Source: the human T2T-CHM13v2.0 reference genome, Homo sapiens. Taken from it: 64,000 nt of DNA. Shown here in pieces: positions 46,048-60,900 of this stretch; position 1 is the stretch's first letter, and every line of letters starts with the position of its first letter. The stretch lies in the NCBI RefSeq assembly GCF_009914755.1, contig NC_060930.1. One strand, given 5' to 3'. A program made the position numbers and the translations under genes. Below the pieces are notes generated by a model. That model was not told the origin of the DNA and did not search any database. It saw only the letters and a list, made by a program, of their open reading frames with translations.

Positions 46048-49000
46048 TTTGTATATTTAACTTCTCAGTAAAAGTGCTTTTAAAGTTATAGAGGAAAAAA
46101 GCCATTAAAAATATGCACCCAAGAATTAATAAAATGTGATGGCCAAATAAAGCATTACATATACGGAGGGATCCATAAACTTTACTTAGGAAGTGAATTG
46201 AAGTTATATTTCAATAAATAAGCAAGAAAGAAGAAGAAACGACATTCAAAAAAAAAAAAGGTGATAGAATTCAGACAAGCAGGAACCTGAAGTTCTAGGA
46301 AGAGCATAGTGTGTCTTTTCCTAGAGAGCAGCCTAGAGACTAAGGATGCTAGTAAGGAATTCTATGTGGGGAAGGAAGGAAGGGAGTTTCTAAAAGAGTT
46401 GATATAAAAGGATGTTTCCAAAGAAAATAGGGATATGTAAGGGTGTGGGGAAAGAAAGACAGTTACTTTAAAAAGGCATTAGATCCTACAGGAAAAACAC
46501 AAATATATTTAGTGTTTGCAGTTTTATTATTTTGAATGATTGTTCACAGCAGAGCCTATAATTTTAAAGCTGCAATAATACAAACATTGTTTTTCAATAA
46601 AGTTAAAATATAAAATAACTTAGTTACGGAACAGATTGTATACATTATCATCCTTGATAAAGTAAAAGTACAGGTGACAGAAGTGGGGAGGTAGGAAGTG
46701 GGGAAAAAGTGCAGGGACAGGCAGAGGTGCAGATCTCATTGTCATAAGACAGGAAGCCTAGGGATACTATCCATAATTAGGAAATGAAAAATAAGCAGAT
46801 CAGTTAATTTTTTTATTTTCTAAAATCTTTTAAAATCTGAGATTCTCTAATTTTTTTAAAAGAATATACTTTGAGTAGCCATCTACATATGTCTCCCCTT
46901 TTCTGACTAATCAAGTTTGAGATCATAGCTTACTTTCACTGTTGCCTGTTTATCTTCCATTCCCTCTTCATCATAATCCTTTTCTCAATCATTGACTTTT
47001 AATAGCCAAATCTGATGAATTCTTTTTAGATTTTTCTGACATATTTGAGTCATTTGCTAATGAGAACTCATTTTCTAAAAACAGAGAGACTTTAGGTTTC
47101 CTGTTACTACTCTCCAAGGAGGGTGATATTACTCCCAATATTGCAGGAGTTGTAAACATTTTGTGTGATATTTTTCCTAATATAAAGAGGCAAGAGAGGA
47201 TAATATTACTCCCAATATCACAGGGGGTGTACATCCACCCTGTGATACTGTTTTTAATACCCAGGGGAAAAAACAATGGCATTACTCCCAATATCGCATG
47301 AGGTGAACTCACCCTCTATGATACTGTTCCTAATATTCAGAGTGGGAAAGGATGATATTAAGTCCAATATCTGAGAAGTGTACAAACCCCTGTGATATTG
47401 TTTCTTATATCCAGGGGGAGACAGGATAATATTACTCTGAATATCACAGGGGGTGTACACCCCCCCACACGATATTGTTTGTAATATCCAGGGGAGGAGA
47501 AGATGATATTAATATCACTGGGAGTGTACACCCACCCTGTAATATTGCACATAATATCAAGTGGGGGAGAGGATATTACTTTCAATGTCTCTGAGAGTGT
47601 ACATACCCCTTGTGATATTGTTCCTAATATCCAGGAAGGGAGAGGATGATATTACTCCAAATATTGCAGGGAGTGCACAACTTTCCAGAGATATGGTTCC
47701 TAATATCCAGAATGGGAGAGGATAATATTACTCCCAATATTGCAGGGGGTGTACACTCCCTCCTGTGATATTGTTTCTAATATCCAGGAAAATAAAGAAT
47801 GATAATAATGCCCAATATTGAAAGTGTACACTCATTTCCTGTGATATTGTTCCTAATATATGGGGGGGGGGAGAGGATGATATTACTCCTAATATCGCAG
47901 ATGGTTTACACCGCTTCTATGATAATCTTTCTAATATCCAGTGAGGGGGAAAATAATATTACTTCCAATATTGCAGGGTGTATACACCCCCCACCCCACG
48001 TGATGTTTTTCCCAATATCCAGGAGGGGAGAGGACAATATTAATCCCAATATCACAGGGGATGTACACCCCCCCGTAATATCATTCCTGATATCCAAGAG
48101 GGAGAAGGATGATATTACCCCCAATATCGCAGGGAGTGCACACCCTCTGTGATATTGTTCTTAATATATAGGTTTGGAGAAAAGGATATTAGTCCCAGTA
48201 TCTCAGGAGGTGTACACCTTTTTGTCGACACTGTTTTTAATATACAGAGGATGATATTACTCCCAATATCGCAGGAGGTGTACACCCCCCGTGATGTTGT
48301 TTCTAACATCTAAGTAGGGGGAAAAGGGTATTACTCCCAATATCGCAGAAGGTGTACACCTTCCCTGTGATATTGTTCCTAATATTCAGGGGGTAAGAGG
48401 ATGATGTTACTTTCAATATTGCAGGAGGTGTGCACCTCATCTGTGATATAGTTTCTAATATCCAGGAAGGGAGAGGATGATATTACCACATTATAGCAGG
48501 GGATGTACACGCCCTTGTGATATTGTTTCTAATATCCAGAGGGGGAGAGGATGATATCACTCCTAATAATGCACGGCGTGTACACCCCCGTTACGTTGTT
48601 CCTAATATCCAGAAGGGGAGAGGATGACATTACTCCCAATATCTCAGGGTGAGTACACACCCCCTGTAATATTGTTCCTAATATCAAGGGGGAGAGAGAA
48701 TAATGTTACTCCCAATATCACAGGGGGTGTACACCTCCCCTGTGATATTGTTCTTAATATCCAGGGGGAAAGAGCATGATATTCCTCCTATTATAGTAGG
48801 GCTTGTACACCACCCATGTGATATTGTACCTAATATACAGGAGGGGAGACGATTATATTACTTTCAATATCGCAGAAAGGGTACATCCCCTTTGTGATAT
48901 AGTTCCTAATATCCGGGGGAAAGAGGATGATATTACTCGTAATATTGCAGGGGGTGTACACCTTTTTGTAATGTTGTTCCTAATATCCAAGAAGGAAGAG

Positions 49001-52000
49001 GATGATATTACTCTCAACATAGAAGGGGGTGTACACTCGCCCTTTGATATTGTTCCTAATATCAAGGGGGGTGGGAATCATATTACTATCCATATCACAG
49101 GGGGTATACAACCCCCACATATGATATTGTTTCCAATATCCAGGGTGGAGAGGAAGATATTACTCTCGATATTGCAGGGTGTGTACACCCACCCTTTGAT
49201 ATTGTTCCTAATATCAAGGGAGGGAGAGGATCTTATTATGTCCAATATCACAGAATGAGTACACCCCCCATGAGATATAGTTCCTAATATCCAGGGGGTG
49301 GAGAGGATGATACTACTCCTAATATCACAAGGGGTGTACACGCCCCCTGTGATATTGTTTGTAATATCCAGGAAGGGAGAAGATGATATTACTTCCAAGA
49401 TCGCAGAGAGTGTAAACCTCCTTTGTGATATTCTTCTTAATATCCAGGGAAAAATACGATGATATTATTGTTACTATTCCAGGGGGTGTACACCACCCCC
49501 TGTGATATTGTTCCTAATATCCAGAGGGAGAGAGGATGATGTTACTACTAATATCTCAGGGGGTGTACACCTTTTCTGTGATATAGTTCCTAATATCCAG
49601 GAGGGGAGAGGAGGATATTACTCTCAATTTGACAGGGGGTGCACATCTCCTGTAATATTGTTCTTAGTATTCAGTTTGGGAGAAAATGATATTAGTTTCA
49701 ATATTGCTGTGGGTTTACACTTCCCCAGTGATACTGTTTTTAATATACGGCAGTGGGGAGGGTGATATTACTCCCAATATCACAGGAGGTGTACACCACT
49801 CCTGTGATGTTGTTCCTAATATCCGTCGGGGAGAAAATAATCTTACTCTCAATATCGCAGGGGGTATACACACCCCTGTGATATTGTTGATAATATTCAG
49901 GGGGAAAGAGGTTGATATTACCTTCAATGTCGCAGGGGTTGTACACCTTTCCTGTAACATAGTTCCTAATATCCAAGGGGAAAGAGCATGATATTACTCC
50001 TATTATAGCGGGGGTGTACACCCCCCCTCCATGATATTGGTCCTAACATTTAGTGGGGGGGGTGAGGATATTACTCCCAATATTTCAGGTGGTGTACACC
50101 CCTCCTGTGATATTGTTCCTAACATCCAGAGGAAAAGAGGATGATATTACTCCCCATATTGCAGAGGTTGTACACACTTCCTCTGATACTGTTCCTAACT
50201 TTCAGGGAGGGAGAGGATGATATTACATTCAGTATCGCAGGTGTACACCCCCGCTGTAATATTGTTCATAATATTAAGAGAAAAGGATGATATACTCCCA
50301 ATATCGCAGGAAGTGTACATCCACTCTGTTACATTTTTCCTAATATCCATGAGGAAAGAACATATTATCCTCCATTATCCAGAAGGTATACACCCACTCT
50401 GTGATGTTTTCATAATATCCAGGGGAAGAGAGAATGATATTACTCTTAATATTGCATGGGGTATACACTCCCTCGTGATATTGTTCTTAATATCCAGGGG
50501 GAAAGGATTATATTACTTCCAATATCCCAGGGGTGAACAACACCCCTGGGATATTGTTCCTAATATCTAAAAAGAAAGATGAGGATATTAGTTTCAGTAT
50601 CACAGGGGGTATAAACCTCCCCTGTGTTATTGTCCCTAATATCCACGGGGGGAGGGGATGATATTACTCCCAATATCGCTGTGGGTGCACACCCCCACTG
50701 TGATATTGTTCCTAATATAAAGGGGGCTGAGGATAATATTGCTCCCAATATCGAAAGGGATGTACACCCCTGCTGTGATATTGTTCCTAATATCGCAATA
50801 TCCTAACTCCCAATATTGCAGCAAGTGTACACCTCCCCAATTATATGTTTCCTAATACCCAGAAAAGGAGAGAATGATATTACTCCCAATATGCAGGGGG
50901 TGTACAACCCCCCACTGATATTGCTCATAATATCCAGGGGAGGGAGGATGATATTACTCCAAATATCACAGGGGGTGTCCACTCTCACGTCATATTGTTC
51001 CTAATATCCAGTGGAATAGAGGATGATATTACTCTTAATATCGCAGCAGGTGTACAACTTTCCTGTAATATTGTTCCTAATATTTTTGGGGAAGAGAGGA
51101 TGACATAACTCCTAATATCGCAGGGGGTGTACACCACCCCTGTGATATTGTTCCTAATATCTTTGAAGGGAGAGGATGATATTACTCCCAGTATCGCAAG
51201 GAGTGTATACTTTTTTTGTGATATTGTTCGTAATATTCAGGGTCGAGAGGATGATATTACTTGCAATATCACAGGGAGTGTACAACCTCCTATGATACTG
51301 TTCATAATATTTAGGGAAGGAGAGGATAATATTACTCCCAATATCACAGGGGGTCAACACCACTCTGTGATATTGTTTGCAATATACAGAGGAAGAGAGG
51401 ATGATATTACTCACAATATCACAGGGGGTGTACACCTGTGATATAGTTTGTAATATCAAGAAGGGAAGAGAATGTTACTACTCCGAGTATCACAGTTGGT
51501 GTACACCCCTCTGTAATATTCTCCATAATATCCCGCAGGGGAGAGGATATTAATCCCAATATCGCAGGGGTTATACACCCCCCTGTGATATTGTTGGTAA
51601 TATTAAGGGGAGAGAGGATAATATTACTCCCAATGTCATAAACACCATGTGTGTACACCTTCCTGTAATCTTGTTTGTAATATCCTGGGAAGAAACGATG
51701 ACATTATACCCAATATCGCAGAGGGTGTCCACCCCACTGTGACACTGTTTGTAATATCCAAAGGGGGAGAGGATGATACTACTTCCAATATGGCAGGGCA
51801 TGTTCACCCTCCTGTGATATTGTTCCTAAAATCTAGCCAGAGGGGGGCGGGTAGAGGATATTTTTCCCAATATCACAGGGGGTTTACACCCCCCTATGAT
51901 ATTGTTTCTAATATTCAAGGGGTAAGAGGATATTACTCCCAATATCGCAGAGGTTGTACATACACCCTGGAATATTGTTCCTAACATACAAGGAGGAAAG

Positions 52001-53937
52001 GATGATATTATACCCAACATCGCAGGGGGTGTAAGACCCCCTGTGATATTGTTCGTAATATTCAGGTGGGGAGAGGATTATATTACTCTAAATATCGTAG
52101 GGTGGGCACACCCCCCTGTGATATTGTTTGTAATATTCAGGGGGGAGAGAGGATAATATTTCTACCAATATCATAGACGGTGTACACCCTCCTGTTATAT
52201 TGTTCATAATATCTTGAAGAGGAGAGGATAATATTACTCCCAATATCGTAGGGGTGTACAAACCTTTGTGATAGAATTCAAAATATCTAGAAGCAGAGAG
52301 GATAATATTACTCCGAGTATCGCAGGGGGTGTACATCCCCCTGTGATATTGTTTGTAATACCCAGGGGGAAAGAAGATGCTATTACTGCCAATATCACAG
52401 GGGTTGTACACCCCTCTGTGATAGTGGTCTTTATATCCAGGAAGAGAGAAGATGATATTACTCCCAATATCGTAAACAACTTGTGTGTACACCCCTCTAT
52501 GATAAACACCCTCATGGAATATTGTTTCTAATATCCAGAGGGCAAGAAGATTATATTACTCTCAATATCACAGAAGGTGTACACCCCTCCTGTGATATGC
52601 TTTATAATATTCAGGGAATTGGGGGATAATATTACTCCAAAAATCTCAGGGGGTGTACACTCCCACTGTAATATAGTTAATAATATCCAGGGAGAGACAG
52701 GATGATATTACTCCCAATATCGTAGGGTGTGCACACCCCTGCTGTGATATTGTTCCTAATATTTATAGGGGGAGAGGATGATATTACTCCCAATATCGCA
52801 GGCGGTGTGCACCCCCCAGTGATATTGTTCCTAATATTCAGGGGAGGGGAAAGGATGGTATTACACCCAATAACACAGGGGGTATACAGCCCCACTGTGA
52901 TGTTTTTTATAATATCCAGGGGAGTAGAGGATGTTTCTCTTAATATCGCAGAGGGTGTACACCCCTCTGTGATATTGTTTGTAATATTTACTGGGAAAGA
53001 GGATGTTATCACTCCTCCCAATATCACAGGGGCTGTACAACCCCCGTGATATTGTTTGTAATAGCCAGGGTGGGAGAAGACGATATTATTCGCAATATCG
53101 CATGGGGTGTGCATCCCACTGTGATACTGTTCATAATATCCAGGGAAAAAGAGGATAATATTACTCCAAATATCGAAGGGGCTGTACACCCCCTCCCAGT
53201 GTTATTGTTTGTAATGTCCAGAAAGAAAAAGGATGATATTACTCCCAATATCCCACCGTGTACACCCCCGTGTGAGGTTGTTCATAATATTCAAGTAGGA
53301 GAAAATGATATTACTCCCAATATCGCAGGGGGTGTACCCCTCCCCGTGATATTGTTCAAAATATCCAAAGAAGGACAGGATGATATTACTCCCAATATCA
53401 CAGGAAATGTACACCACCCCTGTAATATTGTTCTTAATATCCAAAAAGGAAAGGTTGATATTAATCACAATATCGCAGGGGGTGTACACTACTCCTGTGG
53501 TATTGTTCCAAATATCCATGAGGGAGAAAATGACATGACTCCCAATATCGTCGGGGCTGTACACCCCTCCTGTTATATTCTTCCTAATATCAAGGGAAGA
53601 ATAACAATGTCACAGGGTGTAAAACCCCCTTGTGATATTGTTTTTAATATTTAAAGGGGAAAGAGAATAATATTACTCCCAATATTGCAGGGGGTGGACA
53701 CCCCCTCTGTGATATTGTTCTTAATATCCAATGAAAATGAGTATGATATTACTCCCAATATCGCAAAGTGTGTACACTCCTTTTGTGATATTGTTCCTAA
53801 TATCCAGGGGGGAAGACTATGATATTACTACCAATATCGCAGGGGGTGTATACTCCCCCTGTGATATTGTTCCTAATATTCAGAAGGAAAGAGCATGATA
53901 TTACTCCCAATATGGAAGGGTGTGTACACCCCCTGCG

Positions 53938-54215
53938 ATTTTTTGTTTTTTAGACGGAGTCTCACCCTGTCGCCCAGGCTGGAGTGCAATGGCGCGGATC
54001 TCTGCTCACTGCAACCTCCACCTCCCAGGTTTGAGCAACTCTCCTTCCTCAGCCTCCAGACTAACTGGGATTATAGGCACCTGCTGTCATGCCCGGCTAA
54101 TTTTGGTATTTTTAGTAGAGACAGGGTTTCACGATGTTGGTCAGGCTGGTCTTGAACTCTTAACCTCAAGCAATCCACCCACCTCAGCATCCCAAAGTGC
54201 TGGGATTATAGGTGT
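53938..54215 (-). mobile_element. AluS (AluSz/Sx-like) inside the satellite, lacking its first ~18 nt
   Basis: Short T tail, 'agacggagtctcaccctgtcgcccaggctggagtgc...cccaaagtgctgggattataggtgt'. Confidence 0.93.
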
Positions 54216-54419
54216 AACCGCCCCCCTACCCCCAGCACCGTGATATTGTTCCTAATATTCAGGGAGAAAGAGAATGATATTACTCCCATTATCACAGGGG
54301 GTGTACACCTCCCCTGTTATATTGTTCCAAATATTCAAGGGGGGAGAGGATATTATTCTTAATATCGCAGAAGGTGTACATCCCCGCTGATATTGTTTCT
54401 AATATTTGGGGGTGGGGGG

Positions 54420-57400
54420 AGAGGAGGGTGATATTACTCCTTATATCGTGGGGTGTGTACACCTCCTGTGATCTGGTTTATAATATCCAGAGTGGGTGAG
54501 GAGGGTGATATCACTCCTAATATCGCGGACAATGTGCAACCCCCTGTGATATGACTTGTAATATCCAGGAGGGGAGAGAAGGTTGATGTTACTCATTATA
54601 TCTTGAGGGATATATGACCCCCTGTGATATAATTCATAATATCTATGGGGATAAAGAATGGTGATGTTACTCCCCATATCACGGGGCATGGACACCCTTC
54701 TGTGATATGGTTCATTATACCCAGGTAGGGAAAGGAGGGTGATATTACTCTCCAAACCCCGGGTGTGTACACACATCTGTGATACAGTTGGTAATACCCA
54801 GGGTGGGAGAGGAGGGTGATGTTACTTTCAATATCCTGGAGGGTGTACACTTCCCTGTGATATGGTTCATAATATCCAGGAAGGGAGAAGTGGGTGATAT
54901 TACATCCCATATCACGGGGGGTGTACATCCTTGTGATATGGTTTGTAATATCCAGAAGTGGAGAGGGAGACATTACTTCTCATGTCGTGGGAACCCTACA
55001 CGACCCTGTGATATGATTCGTAATATGCGGGGGGGGGGGGGAAGCGGAGAGGGTGATATTACTCTCTGTATTGTGGAGTGCATACACCCCCCTGTGATAT
55101 GGTTTGTAATATCCAGGGGAGGGGGAGAGGGTAATATTACTCCGTATATCACAGAAAGTGTGAAAGTGTGATACGGTTCATAATCTCCCAAGTTTGAGAG
55201 GCTGCTGTTACTCCCCATATAGCAGGGGGCATACACCCCTCTGTGATATGATATCTAATATCCCAGGGAGGAGAGGGTGATATTACTTCCCATATCACAA
55301 GGGGCAAACACCCTCCTGTGATATGGTTTGTAATATCCCAGGGGGGAGAAGGTGATATTACTCTCCATATTGCAGGGACGTACACCCGCTTGTGATATGG
55401 TTTGTAATATTCCGGGTGGGAGAGGGTAATATTGCTCTCCATAGCATGAGGGGTGGACAACCCCCATATATGATTCTTCATATTCCAGGGGAGAGAGGAT
55501 GATATTACTCCCCACATCACAGAGGCATATACCCCTCTGTGTATACATACACAGTATACATACAAGCATACATACTTGGGCGTATACCTCCCAAGTAATA
55601 TCTTGGGAGAAAGAAGTTGATATTACTTTCCATATCGTGGGGGCATACACCCCCTTGTTATATGGTTCATAATATCTCGGGGGGTGGGGGGAATATTACT
55701 CTCCTAATCACAGAGGCGTACACACCTCTGTGATATGGTTCATAATATCCTGGTGGGGAGAGGGTTATATTACTCCTTATACCGTGGGAGGTGTACACCC
55801 CCCTGTGATATGGTTCATAATATCTCGGGAAAGAAATGGTGATATTACTCTTGGCATCCTGGAATCTTACACCCCACTGTGACATGGTTCATAATTTCCA
55901 GGAAAGCAGAGGGTAATATTACTCCCCATATTGCAAGGAGCGTACACCCCTATGTGACCTGGTTCATAATATTTCGGGGGAAAAGTGTGATATTACTTTC
56001 CATATTGAGGGGGGTGTACAGCCCCGTGTGACATGGTTAGAAATATTCCAGGGGTGCGTGGGTGATATTACTCACCATATCGTGGAGGACGTACACTTCC
56101 ATGTGATATGGTTCGTAAATTCTGGGGGGCATAGGGTGATATTACTCCCCATATAGCGGGGATCCTACACACCCCTGTGATATGGTTCATAATATGCAGA
56201 GGGAGAGAGGGTGATAATACTTTTCATATCACAGTGGGCGTACAACCCCCTACACCCCCTTTCGATAAGGTTCATAATATTCCAAAGGGGAGAGGATTGT
56301 ATTACTGCCCATATAGCAGGATGTATACACTCCTCTGTGATATGGTTCGTAATATCCCAGGAAATAGAGGGTGATATTACTCCTCATATCATGGGAGGTG
56401 TGCACCCCTCATGATATGGTCCGTAATATCTGGAGGGGCGGAGAGGGTGATATTACTCCCCATACTGTGGGGGATGTACACTCCGCTTTTATATGATTCA
56501 TAATATCCAGGAAGGGAGAGGGTGATATTGCTTCCCATATTGAGTGGGGAGTGGTGTACACTCCCCTGTGATATGGTTTGTAATATCCAGGAAAAAAGAG
56601 GGCGATATTACTCCCCATATCATGGAGGGTGTGATGTGCCTCCTAATATCTTGGGGGCAGAGGGTGATATTACTCCTATTACTCCCCGTATCGCGGGGGT
56701 TGTACAACCCTTTGTGATATGTTTCATTATATCCTGGGGGGGACTAGGGTGATATTACTCCCCGTATCGCAAGGGGCATACACCCACCTGTGATATGGTT
56801 TGTAATAGAGGGCAAAAGGGTGATATTACTTCCCATGTTGCAGGGGTTTACGCCCCCCCTGTGATGTGGTTAGTAATATCCCGGGTGGGAGAGGGTGATA
56901 TTGTTTTCCATATCACTAGGGGCATACACCCCCCGTGATATGGTTTGTAATATTCCAGGGGAGAGAGGTTGATATTACTCCCCATATCACTAAAGGCTTT
57001 TACCTTCCCCCACCCCTTGATATGGTTCATAATATCTTGGGAAGGAGAAGTCGATATTGCTGCCAATATTGGGGGAGGGGGGGACGTACACCCCTCTGTG
57101 ATACGGTTCATAATATCCCAGTGGGAAGAAGGGACTATTACTCTCCTTATCGTGGGGGCATACACACCCCTGTGATGTGGTTCGTAATATCTTGAAGGGA
57201 GAGGGTGATATTAGTCCCCATATCGCCCATGGTGTACACCACCTAGTGATATGGTTTGTAATATCCCACAGGGGAGAGGGTGATATTACTCTAGCTATCA
57301 TGGGGCATACACCCCCTGTGACATGGTTCGTAATTTCCAGGAAAGGAGAAGGTGATATTACTCCCCATATCGCGAAAAGCATACACTTTCCTGTGACATA

Positions 57401-57960
57401 GTTCGCAATATTTTTGGGGGGGAAAGGGTGATATTACTTTCCATATTGTGCCGGGTGTACACCCCCCTGTGACATAGTTTGTAATATCTTGGGGAAGAGA
57501 GGGTAATATTACTCCCCATATCGTGGAGGGCATAAAACCCCTGTGATATGGTTTGTAATATTCCAGGGGGGGAGAGGGTGATATTTCTTCCTAAATGGCG
57601 TGGGGTTGGGGGGAGGTACACCCCCTGTGATACTCCTTTGTGTATGGTTTGTAATACCTCGGGGAAGCAGAGGGTGAAATTACTGCCCATGTCGCAATGG
57701 AAGTACACCCTCTTTTGATATTGTACATAATATGCCGGTCGGGAGATGGTGATATTACTGTCCATATTGCGGGGGGCGTACAGCCCCTTGTGATATCGTT
57801 CGTAATACCCCGAGGGGGAGAGTGTGTTATTACTGTTCATATCGCCAGGGAGTACAACCTCCTGTGATATGGTTTGTAATATCCAGAGAGGGAGAGGGTA
57901 ATATTATTCTCCATATCACAGAGGGCTTGTACCCCCTTGTGATATGGTTCATAATGTCCA
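54420..57960 (+). repeat. Variant satellite domain (SATR2-like)
   Basis: Monomers switch to GAGGGTGATATTACTCCCCATATC...GTGATATGGTTCRTAATATC. Confidence 0.8.
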
Positions 57961-60900
57961 GGGGAGGAAGAGGATGATATTACTTTCAATATCACAGGGG
58001 GAGTACACCTCCCTGTGATATTGTTCATAATATCCAGAGAAAAAGAACATGATATTACTCCCAACATTGCAAGAAGTTTACACCCCACTCTTATATTGTT
58101 TGTAATATCTGGGAGTTGGGGAGAGGATATTACACCTAATATCACAGGGGTTGTACACCCACTTGTAATATTGGTCGTAATATCCAGGAGGGGAGAGGAT
58201 GATGTTACTCCCAATATTCTAAACACCCTGTTTGTACACCCACCGTGATATTTTTTGTAATATCCAGGGGGAGAGAGGATGATATTACTTCTAATATCCC
58301 ACCCTGGGGTATTGTTCTTAATATTTGGGGGTGTGAGGATGATATTACTCCCTATATCGCAGGGTGTGTACACCCTCTTTAATATTGTTTGTAATATCAA
58401 GTGCAAAGAGGATATTACTCCCAATATCGAAAATGGTGTGCACCAACCTGTTATATTGTTTATAATATCCAGAAAGGGAGAGGAAGACATTACTCCTAAT
58501 AAAGCAGAAAGTGAAAAACACTTTGTGATATTGTTCATAATATCCAGGGAGGAAGAGGATGATATTACTCTCAATATGGTAAACACGCTGTGTGTACACC
58601 CTCTCTGATATTGCTTCAAATATCCAGAGGAGAGGATGATATTACTGCCAATACGGCACAAGGTGTACATTCTTCCTGTTAACATTGTTTCTGATATCCA
58701 GGACGGAGCCGATGATATTACTCTTAATATTGCAGGGGGTAACCCCACCTGTGATATTGGTCCTAATATCCAGGGTGGGAGAGGATGATATTACTCTCAA
58801 TATCACAGGAAATGTACACCTTCCCTGTGATATTGTTCGTAATGTTTAGGGGGTGAGAAGATAATATTACTCCCAATATCACAGGGGGTGTACACCTTCC
58901 CGATGACATTGCTCCTAATATGGGGGAGAAGATGATATTACTCCCAATATTACAGAAGGTGTACACCCCCTTGTGATATTGTTCCTAACATCCAGAAGAA
59001 AAGAGGATAATATTACTCTCAATATTGAAGGAGGTGTACACCCACCCTGTGATATTGTTCTTAATATCCAGGAAGAAAGAGAATGATATTAGTCTTGATA
59101 TTGAAGGAGATGTACACACCCCCGTGATATTGTTCCTAATATCTAGAAAAGGGGACAATGATATTACTCCCAATATCGCAGGGGGTGTACACCTTTTCTG
59201 TAATATCGTTTCTAATATCCAGGGGGAGGAGAAATAGTATTATTCCCAATATTGCAGGGGGTGTACAACCTTTCTGTGATATTGTTCATAATATCAAGGG
59301 GGAGACAGGATGTTATTACTCTCAATACCACCCTTTGTGATATTGTTTTTACTATCCAGGGTAGGAAAGGATAATACTACTCCCAATATCGCAGGGGGTG
59401 CACACCTGCCTTGTGATATAAAGGGGGAAAGGATGATATTACTCCCAATATCACAGGCAGTGTACACCCCCCTTTTGATGTGGTTCATAATATCCGAGGG
59501 GGGAGAGGATAATATAAGTCTCCATATCTCAGGGGGTGTACATCACCATTTGATATTGTTCATAATATCCAGGGGGAGAGAATGATATTACTCCAATGTC
59601 ACAGAATGTTTACACCACCCTGTGATATTGTTCATAATATCCAGAGGGAAAGAGGGTGGTATTACTCCCTATATCGCAGGAAGTGTACACCTCTTTGTGA
59701 TATTTTTCATAATATCCAGGAGGGAGAGGATAGTATTACTCCCAATATCACAGAAGATGTAAACCCCCCGGGATACTGTTTGTAATACCTAGAGAAAGAG
59801 AGGATGATATTACTCCAAATATAGGAGGGGGTTACCCTCCCCTGTGGTATTGTTTGTAACATCCAGAAGAAAAGAGGATGATATTACTGCCAATATCTCA
59901 GGGGATGTACACCTTTCTATGATATTGTTCATAATATGCAGAAGGGAAGAGGAAGATATTACTCCCAATATTGCAGGGGATGTACACCCCCTTGTTATAT
60001 TGTTCATAATATTCAGAGGGGAGAGGATTATATTACTCCCAATATCACAGAAGGTCTACCCCACCCTATGATATTGCTCGTAATATCCAGGCAAAGGAGA
60101 GGATGATACTACTCTCAATATCGAAGGGGGTGTACACCCATCCTGTGATATTGTTCCTATTATACAGGGAAGAGAAGATAAAATTACTACAAATAACGCA
60201 GGGAGTGTCCACTCATCCTGTGATATTGTTCCTAATATCCAGGGGCTATCCGCCTTCCCTGTGATATTGTTTCTAATATCCAGGGTGGGAGATGATAATA
60301 TTACTCCCAGTGATGTAGGAGATGTACACCCTCCTCCGTGAAACTGTTCTTAATATCCAAAGGGTGAGAGGATATTACTCACAATATTGCAGGCGGTGGA
60401 AACTCCTCCTGTGATATTGTTTCTAATATCCAAAGGAAGAGAGGATAATATTACTCCAAATATAGCAGGGGATGAACACGCCCCGGTGATATTGTTTCTA
60501 ATATCTGGGGTAAAGAGGACGATATTACTCTTAATATCACAGGGGATGTATATCTACCCTGTGATATTGTTTGTAACATCCAGAATGGAATAAAATAATA
60601 TTACTCCCAATATCGGAGGGGATGTACACCCGCCCTGTAATATTGCTCCTAATATCCAGGGGATAGAGGATAATGTTGCTCCCAATATCGCAGGATGTGT
60701 AAACTACCCCTGTGATATTGTTCCTAATATGCGGGGGCGGGAGGAGGGATGATATTACCTCCAATATCACATCTAATGTACATCTCCCCTGTAATATTGT
60801 TTTTAATATACAGAGGAGGGGGAGAGGATGACATTACTCCCAGTTTTGCAGGGGGTATACACCCCCCCTGTAATATTGCTTCTAATACCCAGGGGGGTAG

